Below, piece after piece: positions 26,308 to 37,000 of a stretch of DNA of 64,000 nt (position 1 is the first letter of the stretch; each line of letters opens with the position of its first letter). Source of the stretch: Eledone cirrhosa (Eukaryota). The translations under genes and the position numbers were made by a program. Under the pieces are notes generated by a model. That model had not been told where the DNA came from. It saw only the letters and a list, made by a program, of their open reading frames with translations, and made no database searches. Location of the stretch: positions 111,042,001-111,106,000 of the forward strand of contig OZ024743.1 in the NCBI GenBank assembly GCA_964016885.1, in the 5' to 3' direction.

Positions 26308-27108
26308 TGAGTTGAGATGGAGGGTCTGTGGTTTTTCTCACATCTGGTTGGTCTCTGAATGTTACTTGTTTTATATGGAAAAAGTGGCTCGAAATTCCAG
26401 GTTTTTCGAGAAGTAATTTGATTGGTTAGTCAATAATTATAATAAATTTCGCGCCAGTTCGCGTTAGAATAGTTCTTCAAATAAGAGAGGGGGTGGGGGG
26501 TTATCACATGTTGTTTTTTCATATATGAGTGTTTGAATTTCTTTTTACTTGAAAAAAGGAGGCTCACGAAGGCTTTTTTTTGGTTGGTTATAAATGAAAT
26601 TTGGCTGTCACGTGAACAAGTTTTTATTACATTTTTGCGCCCTTATTTGGAAAACTATTCTATTGTCTTTATAGTGAATGTTATGACAATGGAGAGATAG
26701 TGGTCAAGAGAAAAGGGATTGGGAGAAATGTTCTGGTTCAGTGAATATGGCCAGCTCGCCGGGGTGTCAGAGTTCAGATTTTCTATTGAGACTGAAGATA
26801 TGTATGTTTATTTGTGTGCTTGTGTGTGTGTATGTGTGTGTGTGTGTGTGTATGTGTGTATTGGAAGATGATTCTATTAGTAGAGATGGGGGAGGGAGTT
26901 GTGTGTGTGTGTATATGGGTGTTATGTGTGTGTGTGCGAGTATGTTAAGATGGAGAGAATATATATTTTGTGTGTGTGTATATATATGTGTGTAGGAAAG
27001 TGGTTCTATTAGTAGAAATGGGGAGGGAGTTGTAGGTGTGGGGGTTGTTATGTGTGTGTATGGGTGTTATGTGTGTGGGAGTATGGTTAGCATGTTAAGA
27101 TGAAGAGA

Positions 27109-27139
<31 letters not shown>

Positions 27140-27347
27140 GTGTGTGTGTATATGTGTGTGTAGGAAAGTGATTCCTTTAGTAGGAATATTTTTGAATGAA
27201 CATATTTTCCTTACTTTTTCGTGTTTGCTGTTGTATTGCCAGTGCAAACGTATGTTAAGGTTTATTTAGTTCGGGTTTTTATTTTCTAAAGTAGAAGGTG
27301 TTATGTGTGTGTATGTATGTCATATTGTGGTGTTGACATAATGTATA

Positions 27348-28856
27348 TTAAACCTTATTTAATGTTGGTCTATATTTTCGAATAAACATATTTTCCTTAT
27401 TTATTCGCATTTGTTCTGTTGTATTGTTAGCGCAAAGGTAAAATGGGAAGACTTGGAATTTGGGTGTCTTATTACTTGCGCAAATGTCTAGATGTGCACT
27501 TAGTGGTATCTGTCTCGTGGTTGGATCTCGTAATTGTTGGCGATGAACTGTCATTCTGTTTCTGAGTGTGAGTTTAGTTTGTCCTATATAATCTTCATTG
27601 CATCCTTTACATTTATTGGCATAAATTAGATTTTTTGATGAGCAAGTGAAGTGATTTTTTACAGTAACATTTTGTCCTGATTTCAATGTATACGTGTTGC
27701 CTTCAATGAGGTGAGTGCAGGTTCCACAATTAGAGCGACCACAATTTTTGATACTTGGTTGTGGGTTTGTGGTAGGTAATTTGGCATTGGTGAGTAATAT
27801 TTTCAGTGATTTTGGTTGTCTTTTGCTTTTGATTATGTTGTGTGTTTCAAGGGCTTTTTTTATTCTTGGGTTTTGTTTTAGTAGTGGGATGTTATTGTGA
27901 ATAGTGTTGTAAGCTTCCGCATTTCTTGGGTTGTGTGTTGAGATATATGATAGAATATTGGACGTACCTTGAATTTGTTTCTGTTTCCGTAATTCATCAA
28001 TGCCTATTGCTTTAGCCCTTTCTATTTCATTATTTATTAGTAATAGTGGGTACTCTCTCTCAAGTAGAATTTCCTTTAATTCTTGAAGTCTTTTATTTCG
28101 CGTTTCATAATTGGAGACAATTGTGCAAATTCTTCTTGCTAGGTTAAAAGGAATGTTCGTCTTCGTGTGCTTTGGATGGTTGGAGGTGAATAGCAGATAT
28201 TGTTTGGAAACTGTTGGTTTGTAGTGTATGTCAGTTTCGATATTTGTGTCTTTTTTTGTGATTAAGATGTCCAGAAATGGGAGTTGATCTTGGCTGTATT
28301 CCATTGTGAATTGGATGTGGTTATTGATGCCGTTTATTAAGTTTTTGAAATCCTTCAGTTGGTCGAGTGTGTGGGACCAAAGAATGAGGCAATCATCCAA
28401 GTAGCGTTTCCAATTCTCTGATAAATATTTGTGGAAGTTCAATCCGTATTTTGATTTGGACTGTTCATATATCTGGACTTCTAAGTATGCCATGACTAAG
28501 TTGGCATAAGTTGGAGCGGCTTTTGTGCCCATCGCAGTCCCCGATATTTGCTTGTAAGTATTGCCATCGAAATCAAAAAAGTTGTTCTGTAGGATGAATT
28601 TTAATCCCTCGGTGATGAAGTTTTTTTCTATTCTGTCAGTTATCTCATTGGGATATTTCTCTAGCCAGAATCCTATTGCTTCTAGTCCGTATTGGTGTGG
28701 GATCGTTGTGTAGAGATTCACTACATCGAAAGACACAATAACAGTGTCGTTGTTGACATGTTTGGGGAGGTGGTTTAAGAGGTCCAGATCGTCTCTTACA
28801 AGGCTTGGTATGTGTTTCAGTATTGGTTTCAGTAGTATGTCTATAAAGTTGCTCAA
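27348..28856 (-). CDS. PLE RT (C-terminal part), Cys-rich linker and GIY-YIG endonuclease
   Basis: SFDVVNLYT, GTAMG, RYLDD, LPFLD, YKPT; CGRSNCGTC linker (Neptune-type); NLIY..CKGC..YIGQT..LRNRMTVHR. Confidence 0.93.
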   Translation of the reverse strand: MSNFIDILLKPILKHIPSLVRDDLDLLNHLPKHVNNDTVIVSFDVVNLYTTIPHQYGLEAIGFWLEKYPNEITDRIEKNFITEGLKFILQNNFFDFDGNTYKQISGTAMGTKAAPTYANLVMAYLEVQIYEQSKSKYGLNFHKYLSENWKRYLDDCLILWSHTLDQLKDFKNLINGINNHIQFTMEYSQDQLPFLDILITKKDTNIETDIHYKPTVSKQYLLFTSNHPKHTKTNIPFNLARRICTIVSNYETRNKRLQELKEILLEREYPLLLINNEIERAKAIGIDELRKQKQIQGTSNILSYISTHNPRNAEAYNTIHNNIPLLKQNPRIKKALETHNIIKSKRQPKSLKILLTNAKLPTTNPQPSIKNCGRSNCGTCTHLIEGNTYTLKSGQNVTVKNHFTCSSKNLIYANKCKGCNEDYIGQTKLTLRNRMTVHRQQLRDPTTRQIPLSAHLDICASNKTPKFQVFPFYLCANNTTEQMRINKENMFIRKYRPTLNKV

Positions 28857-28899
28857 TCTGTGTGTTTCACATTGTGGGCCCGCTACAATTGGTCTTAAT

Positions 28900-29619
28900 T
28901 TAAGGTCTGTGGGGGTATTGTGTGTTCACGCAGGCTGAGGTGGATTGTTTACAGGCATCGTTGATTATTTTACATTTGTGGATCTTCGGAAGTCCGTAAA
29001 GGTTGCTGGTTTTGTATTCAAAATTTGTTAAATAATCGCGTTCCCTTTTAGTTAGGTCTTCCTGGTATCGATAAATCAGTGTGTTTAATTTGGTCATTAT
29101 TTTTGATTGCTGGTAGTTTTTTACTCTTTCATAGTAATTAGTATTTTGTAAGAGAGAGAACATAGAATTTTTATATTTTTCAGCCTCCATAATGACAACA
29201 GTACTTCCCTTGTCCGCTTCCTTAATTACAATGTCCGTATTGTTTTTTAGTTCATGGATAATCTCCCATTCCCTTCGACTTGTGTTGGGTTTGGGTTTAG
29301 GTTGCAGTAGTTCATGGTATGGGAAGGTAGCTATGTGGTCACAAAATTTGTCCAGAACTCTGTTTCTACCTTTTGTTGGGTTGTAGCTGCTTTTATTCCG
29401 TACAATTGATTCGTCGTTATTCTCCTTGTCAAAGAATTCCTCTGTGAGACGTAATTTTCTACAGAAGTGTGAGATATCGTCATTTATCTCGTTGGGGTTA
29501 GGGTATTGTGGTGTTGGTGTGAATTTCAGACCTTTGGAGATAATTTTTACTTGTTGGGCTGAGAGGTTTGTATTTGAAATGTTAATTATTTTCGGTTTTT
29601 CAAAATCGGTTTGTACCAC
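28900..29619 (-). CDS. PLE N-terminal/RT-proximal segment (frameshifted from 27348-28856)
   Basis: IINIS..LS..ISKGLKFTP, IVIKEADKGSTVVIM, YGLPKIHK. Confidence 0.9.
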   Translation of the reverse strand: MVQTDFEKPKIINISNTNLSAQQVKIISKGLKFTPTPQYPNPNEINDDISHFCRKLRLTEEFFDKENNDESIVRNKSSYNPTKGRNRVLDKFCDHIATFPYHELLQPKPKPNTSRREWEIIHELKNNTDIVIKEADKGSTVVIMEAEKYKNSMFSLLQNTNYYERVKNYQQSKIMTKLNTLIYRYQEDLTKRERDYLTNFEYKTSNLYGLPKIHKCKIINDACKQSTSACVNTQYPHRP

Positions 29620-30789
29620 CGGGTGTCGTGAGTCCTGTAGCCTTGGTCTAAAAAATGATTTTTCTGGACTGTTTTTTCATTGGTATTATTATATCTAATG
29701 GTATTTCCCCTGTTGTTGTGTGGTCTTGTATAGAAGTTTCGGACGTATTGAGGTTCGGTTTGATGATAGTCCGGGTTGTAGATTTGGTTCCTTTGTGTGG
29801 GTTGGGATCTACGGTTTTGGAACAGGCTCTGTGTGGGCAGGGGTCTACGGTTTTGGAATAGGTTTTGTGTGGGTTGTGATCTGCGGATCAGGTCCTGCCT
29901 TGTGTTCGGGGATCTTTGGTTTTTGTTAGTAGGGTTATAGTTTTGTCTATGGTTTCTGGGATTATCGTTATAGTTTTGCTGGGGGTATGTTGGACGTTTT
30001 GTTACTTTTTTTGTTATTTGTTGTGCATGTGGTGTGTGAGTTTTAGTTTGTTTTAAAAATGGGTTACCTGTATGTTGTTCATTTTTGAAGTCCATTTCGT
30101 AGTTGTTGAACCAGGTGGCGTTTTTTTCCCATCGCTGGAGGGATGTTAGTTCTTCATCCTCACAGTTTTCTTTCCAAAGTTTTAGGGTTTTTTTGTAGAG
30201 TAGGCCTTCAGAGTGCTTTGAGATTTCTGTGTCCATCTGTTGGTCGAGTGACTTGAATTTTTCTTCGTTGGAGTTGGCTCTTAATCGCAACAGTTCTATT
30301 TCTGTTTCAAATTTTTCCAATGCCATCTTTTCCCTAAGTCTTTGTTGGTTTTCTGGTTCATTCGGGATGGGTTTTATTTGGAGTTTTTTGGGGAGGATGA
30401 TTGGGGTAGAGTTTAGCCACTTTTCATATATGTCTGCCTTGCCATTATTTTTTAGGAGATTCCAAAGGGCGAATTTCCGGGCTGTGAGCTTTTGAGTCCA
30501 TATGTTGATTAGGGTGTTTTTCACTGAGTGGACATCTCGTAGATTGGGTTCTAACGGTTGTTCAAGCTTTTGGAGAATTGATGTTTCAATGGTTTCGATT
30601 AGCTTAGTTAATACTGGAGTAATATTCGTCTCTTGGGTATTTTCCTGTTTCTTCGTGGGGCCCTTTTTTATAGATGTGTATTTGGTCCACTTTGTTGGTC
30701 AAAATTGAGAGTTTAGAGGAAATCTCTTTGAGTTCATTTAAGATGTCCTGGTTCAGTGAGTTGTTGTTTTGTTGAGACTTTGGTGGCAT
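29586..30789 (-). CDS. PLE upstream helical/coiled-coil region with basic Q/N/R-rich tail (ORFs 30604-30789 and 29586-30524, probably one frameshifted frame)
   Basis: ATG at 30789 lies ~28 nt after the 5' pLTR. The 312-aa ORF is K/E-rich and helical, with repeated RRSQPTQNLFQN. Confidence 0.65.
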
Positions 30790-30953
30790 TTTCGGTCTTC
30801 GTGTGGTGGGTATATATTAGAAAGTGAGGTTTTTTTACAAAATGAAAAATAACCGAGGTGTCCTACACGAGTGAAAGTATAAAGAAAAAGAGATGAAATC
30901 GAAAATGCAACTGAAGTCTTATTTTTTTTTTAAATATATATATTTATTTGGTT

Positions 30954-30991
30954 CCTTTACCGGTTTCGCAGTTCTTTTGCTTTTCAAAAGG
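30954..30991 (-). ncRNA. Second copy of pLTR hammerhead (one stem II mismatch)
   Basis: cctt-UUGAAAA-gcaa aagaa ctgc-GAAA-ccgg-UA-aagg. Confidence 0.8.
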
Positions 30992-31262
30992 TGAGTTGAG
31001 ATGGAGGGTCTATGGTTTTTCTCTCATCTGGTTGGTCTCTGAATGTTACTTGTTTTATATGGAAAAAGTGGCTCGAAATTCCAGGTTTTTCGAGAAGTAA
31101 TTTGATTGGTTAGTCAATAATTATAATAAATTTCGCGCCAGTTCGCGTTACAATAGTTCTTCATATAAGAGAGGGGGGGTTATCACAGGAACCAAATAAA
31201 TATATATATTTAAAAAAAAAATAAGACTTCAGTTGCATTATCGATTTCATCTCTTTTTCTTT

Positions 31263-31410
31263 ATATATATATATATATATATATTTACATATATAATATA
31301 TATATATATATAATATATATAAATATATAATCTATATATACATATATATTCACATATATATATATGCATATGTTTATATATACATATGCATATATATATA
31401 TATGTATATA

Positions 31411-31490
<80 letters not shown>

Positions 31491-31547
31491 TATAAATACA
31501 CATATATATATATACACACACATATATATATATATACATATATATAT

Positions 31548-31581
<34 letters not shown>

Positions 31582-31585
31582 TATA
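31263..31585. repeat. (TA)n-rich microsatellite separating two PLEs
   Basis: Direct reading. Confidence 0.95.
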
Positions 31586-33495
31586 TAATCAACCAAAAAT
31601 CACCTAGAGGAAATCAAAATTGCTCCTGTAGAATCAAAAGTGAATGCCCATTACAAGGTAAATGCAACACCAAAGACATTGTATATGGGGCTAAAGTGAC
31701 AACCATCAGCAACAACCAACCAGCCACCAGTGAACGATATGTGGGTATGACGCAAGACAAATTGAAAACGCGTTATTACTCACATGTCGGAACCTTTCGA
31801 CATCCAGAAAAAAGATTTACAACAGCTCTGGCTAGCAGAATATGGGATTTGAAAGACCAAGGTATCCAATATAAAATGGATTGGTCAATTTTGAACCAAT
31901 CTAAAGAATATGCAAGATGAACAAGAAAATGCACGCTCTGCATAAATGAAAAATATTGGATTTTGCAAAACCTTAAATCACCAAAGACCTGCCTAAACAC
32001 AAAGACAGAAATTTTCACCAGTTGCCCACACATGAAATCACACCTGTTTCCAGCTCATATAAACTTAACACACTTTCAGATACTTATCCTCCATAAGCTC
32101 TTATTCTTCACTTAAATTATTGTCTTTAAGACTACCTTTTCTGATTTACTTTCATTTTTAACCTTTTAATTAATTTTATTTTTATTTTTATTTTTATTTT
32201 TATTTTTATTTTTACTTCACATCCACCACGACCCCCCCCCCATCCTTTACACTCGATTCACTTACCTAATATCTTCACTTTCCACCTTTTACTTCCATAT
32301 TTTATTCACTACCTAAATACAAATCTCACTTGCGTTTTCCACTCCATATATTTTCTGTTATTTCGCAGCCAATTTTATATTTTTATATTTGTACTCACTT
32401 ATTCACAAGGCTGTTTTTACACCCTGTATCTATGTGTCTGAGAGTCTTTACGTGTGTATACTTTCTGTATATTTACACGAACGCCTCCGTATGTGCGCGC
32501 GCGTGCGTGTATATATATATATGTGTATGTATTTGTGTTTTTATATCTGTGTTTTTACATCTATGTTTGTTTACATTCTTAGTTTTATGAGTGTGCATGT
32601 TAGCAGGTCAACGTTCGTGAGTGTATGTATGTGTGTGTGTGTGTACGTACTGCATGTATGGATATGTATGTGTGCGTATGTATATATACGTATATATATT
32701 TATGTGTGTGTATGTGTGTGTATACAGTCGCGTACGTACGCGTGATTATATATACATGGGCGATGTGTATGTATATATATATATATGTGCATCCTGTGTG
32801 TGTATGTACGCTTGCATACGCTTTTGTCTGCACGTATTGCGTGTATATATATATTTTTTTATAGATATATGTTTCTTTTAGATATATGTGTGTATGTACG
32901 CGTGTACCTTGTTTGTTTTCTTTTCTTTACTTTGCAATTTTTTCTTTCTAATTTATTGTTCCTATTTTTATAATTATATCGAGAATGATACTTTCTTTTT
33001 ACTATTACACTCCCTTACCTCTTTTTCTTCCGCATATAAGTGTACACGCGTGCGTGTGTGTTTATACGCGTGCCTTCATATTCTTATAATGTATCTAATT
33101 CCCTGTTTGTTTATGTATACCTGTCAAACAGACATTCATATCATGTCTGTGTCTATCGTTACATATACACAGATATACTTTCCCTTATACATATATTTAC
33201 GCACACATTTTCACTATACACACACATTTGTACATACTTACATATGTATATCTGTGAGTGTATATACATACATATACACACACCTAACTATATTTCTTTA
33301 AAAAATGTTCATATATTTTATATGTCTATTTTTCTTGCATTTCTTGAGGAGACTTTCCAAATATTTATCTATATTTTATATTGCTTCGTCCGACGAACGA
33401 ATGAAGATGTTTCTTTCGTATTCTTCTTATTCGGGAAACCTCTGGTAATGAGGTAATTATTTTGTATTGTTTCTATACATTATATAAATATATAT
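31585..33495 (+). mobile_element. 5'-truncated PLE of a second clade (Nematis-like): GIY-YIG domain plus long low-complexity 3' region
   Basis: [69 protein letters not shown]; one in-frame TGA at 31918-31920. Confidence 0.85.
33384..33453 (+). ncRNA. Type I hammerhead ribozyme (slightly decayed) at the 3' end of the Nematis-like PLE
   Basis: cttcgt-CCGACGA-a cgaat gaaga...tcttc tt attcg g-GAAA-cc tct gg-UA-atgagg; U4C change in core. Confidence 0.7.
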
Positions 33496-33829
33496 ACAGT
33501 TAAGGTGACAACAAACAGAGGTTCAAGGTGTATTATTACTTCCACGACTTATATGGAAATGAGGAAAAAAAGTTCGGCGAGTTGGTTTTTAGCTCTTTTT
33601 CAGCAGTAAAAACTAGTGACAGGAACCCATAGGATGGATAGAGAAAATAGAAATAGCCGAAGTTTAGTAACAAATTCGAAAATAAATTGTGTAAATAAGA
33701 CAAACTGCCTGGCAATCTTGGAACGCCAATTGAAATGGGTGTGTCTATTAGTGTCGATATTATGTGTGAGTGAATCTGTATGTTTAACCGTGTGTGTTTT
33801 TCTAACGTACTCGTATTGTATCAAGTATC

Positions 33830-34023
33830 TGAATTGACAGTATCGGTATAGTGTCGGCCGCCATGCTTTGCAGCAAAGAGTTACGGCCCTTTATGATCTG
33901 AGTTCAAATCCGGCCGAGGTTAACTTTGCCTTTCATCCTTACGGGGTGGATAAAATAAAGTACTAGTAATACATTGGAATAATTGCTGGCCTTGTGCCAA
34001 AAGTAGAAACAATTATTATTATT
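33830..34023 (+). mobile_element. tRNA-derived SINE whose (ATT)n tail abuts a Tx1 element
   Basis: Head, B box, core and tail gaaacaattattattatt. Confidence 0.9.
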
Positions 34024-37000
34024 GGCTGCCAGTCAGTAAAGTTGTATTTTTGGAGCTCCGAAAAAGTAGGAAATTTTCTGTTTATTTTTTTATTTTCATT
34101 TATAATAATTGTTGTATTCCCTGAAGAGTGTCGTAAGACTTCCGTCTTTGCCATGTGAAGGGGTGACTGTGTAACATTTGACCCTTTTGGCCCAAATATT
34201 TGAACATTTTTGTATCTAAAAAAAAATTCTGGAAAAAAAAAACATGGCTGGGCCACGCTACCCAACTTGAAGTCTGCTGTCGTGTGACAGTGACCAAAAT
34301 GTTGAGAGGAGGGAAGCGGCAGGTACATTGATTTATACTACAAATACATTTAGCAACATCACCACAAACAGCTTGAACAGTTGCAGCAGCGACACGAATA
34401 ACCTTAAAAAAAACTATGACAATACAAACCACAGCAGTAACAGCGACAACCAAAATACAGACAACAGAAATGATGACAACAAAAACAACGAAATTAACCC
34501 CACTAACCAGAACATAAACAGCGATAGCACCAACAGCAACAATACCAAAAGCCCCGACGGCGGCACCAAAGATATAACAAACTGCAACAGTGATAACAGC
34601 AACAACACCAACAAGAACAACGACAACAACATCACCACCAACGGCAAGAACATATTCGCTGCGGCAGCAGTCAAAAAGAGGCCATGCTTCAGCATGGATC
34701 TTTAGAACAAAGATGAAAAGTTGACCCAGTCCTGGAAGCTCATCAGGTAAGAGCAAACCTGGGCCAACTTAACTCGCCTGGTAGAAGCAGTGGAGCGCAG
34801 AACGGTTCATTATAGATGCATCTCAGCAAAAACCAAGAGGGCAGCTTTAATTGTACAAGCTGATGTCGAAGTCGCGTTCCGGTGCATCAGGGATGACACC
34901 GAATACATAGCGAGAGGCAGACAATACGGCAACATTTCGGCGCTGTTTAATTCAGAAGGTTTCGCTATGAAGCATGCTATGACACTTGCAAAACCAGCAA
35001 GTAATGTACCCATCCTTTATGGGAAAAAGATCCGCCCGTCTGCACATTCCCAGAATCGCACCAGGACTTCACATGTGGTGGCTTCTGAGGTGTGGGATTT
35101 TAGAGGGGACGGATACCGTCCCGATAGAAGTAACAAGAATTGCCAGAGATGACTGGTCCGGGGTTGACCTGGAGTTACTTCTCCAGATCAGGCAGGAGAA
35201 TGTAAAAAAAATCCCGGACCAAATCCATCTTCAGAACATCATGTCTGAGGGTTGAGGGCCGCATTGTTTCGTTTGTGAGGATAAAACCCATTTGCGAGCC
35301 TTCTGCCCTCAACTGCAAGGGGCCGAAGGGCTCCACTGTTGCCCACGCCGGGGCGAGGACTACAACTAACAACAGCACGGCCGAAACCACCAGCAACGAC
35401 ACAAATAGAAACACCACCACCAACATTGACCACCCAAATGTGATAGAAGGAAAGTTGCCAAAAAATACACACATCAATAAAAACATAAACACACACACAG
35501 ATACACCTACAGGCACAGGCCCATAATTTAGCAGTAGTGAAGACGAAGGAAAACCAAAATCCCCAAATATGCAAAAAAGGAAACACAAAACGAAAAAAAC
35601 TCAACCAAGCACAAAAACACTCAAAATAAAAAATGCAAACACCACCCACGCAAATATCACTAAACCTTGCCCCTCTATTTTAGCCTGTCAATATTACCGT
35701 ATTAAGAGTAGGACGTTTAAATGTTCGAGGCCTGAGATCGTCCTGGAAGCAGGGTCATCTGCTCAACGACCTCAGGTCTCTAGAAATGGATGTAATTTCC
35801 GTTAGCGAGACCAGGATTTCCGACACGCGCGCACTAGCCCCAGTTTCGACGACTATCAGATCTTAGCGTCTGTTAGTCGTCCGGGAATGCGAGGTGGGGT
35901 CTTAGTGCTGTTTAGGAAAGGCCCGAATCTAGAGGTAAGGTCGATCATCCGGGACCCGGACGATACGTTGGTGGTCCTGGATGTGAACAATAGCTAAGGT
36001 GGTGGACTAACGGTCTGACTTCTTTAGACGCCTGGAACCCTTCTGGTTACGTCTCGCCGTTTTCTGTTAGAGGGGGACTGGTAAGGCATCTTAGACGCAC
36101 GCTGTAACTATGTGGGAGTATGCGATATGAGCGGGGGTGCAAAAGCCTCAAGTACCTGATCAGCCAGTTCCAACTGTCTAACAGATACCGACTAGATTTC
36201 CCTAATACACCAGTATCGACTTGGACCAACCGCATGGGACCATCTATATCGTATATAGACAGGATATTCATTAGGAAAATAGACAGAAATAGTGTAAGCG
36301 GGCCACGTTTTAACACGGTCGCTTATTCAGATGACAATTTTGTGATCTGTATGGTCGACCTACATAAAACCTGGTTACTCGAAGCAGAACATGTCATTTC
36401 CGGCCCGTAATGCTTCAGGGACAGGGTCAATGATTTAGTTAAGAACAGGTTGACAGGGGGTGTCGTCAACATTGGATAGTGGGGGGGGGGGGGGGGGTCT
36501 CAAGAGAGGGATAGGGTTTAGCAAGAAGTAGCGTTAGAAAGAAATAGAAAGGAGGGGATATGGTTGATAAGTTAGACGAGGCTATTTGTAGTGGCATTGT
36601 AACTGACGTGCTAGCTGCGAGAAGGGCATTAGAACATTTCTTCAATGCGAAAGATGAAGGTTGCATTGTCAGAGCTAAGGCGCGTGCTCTGAGATACGAG
36701 GGAACCAAATCTGTGCGATGGGCCTGCGTGACAGAGGCGGAGCATGGTAATGAATCCTCGATTCAGTCTTTGACGAAACGAGACGACAACTAGCTGAGCG
36801 AGTCCAAGCGGATGTGTGAGGCCTTTCGCCAACATTTTACTCGGTTGTTCGGTGGAAGTGGCGGCTCAGAGACGGTGGCGGACATCAGTCCCTACCTCGA
36901 TGGCCTACGCTGAGCGCTGCGAAAGGGCGATTACTTCAGCCGAGATTCAGGATGCCTTTGTCGGCTGCATGAGGCACAAGTCACAGGCTTTGGATGGTCT

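Larger units (their letters stand above)
26131..31265 (-). mobile_element. Penelope-like element, Neptune-type, near full length, with direct pseudo-LTRs and inverted tail, inserted in (TA)n
   Basis: Direct repeats 26131-26508 and 30817-31187; inverted segment 31187-31265; RT plus C-terminal GIY-YIG; (TA)n on both sides. Confidence 0.95.

Noticed and set aside
31918-31920. In-frame TGA in the GIY-YIG domain as selenocysteine (some PLEs encode selenoproteins)
   Set aside because: The position precedes TRKC where Gly is expected (GGA to TGA), not a conserved Cys, and I saw no SECIS.
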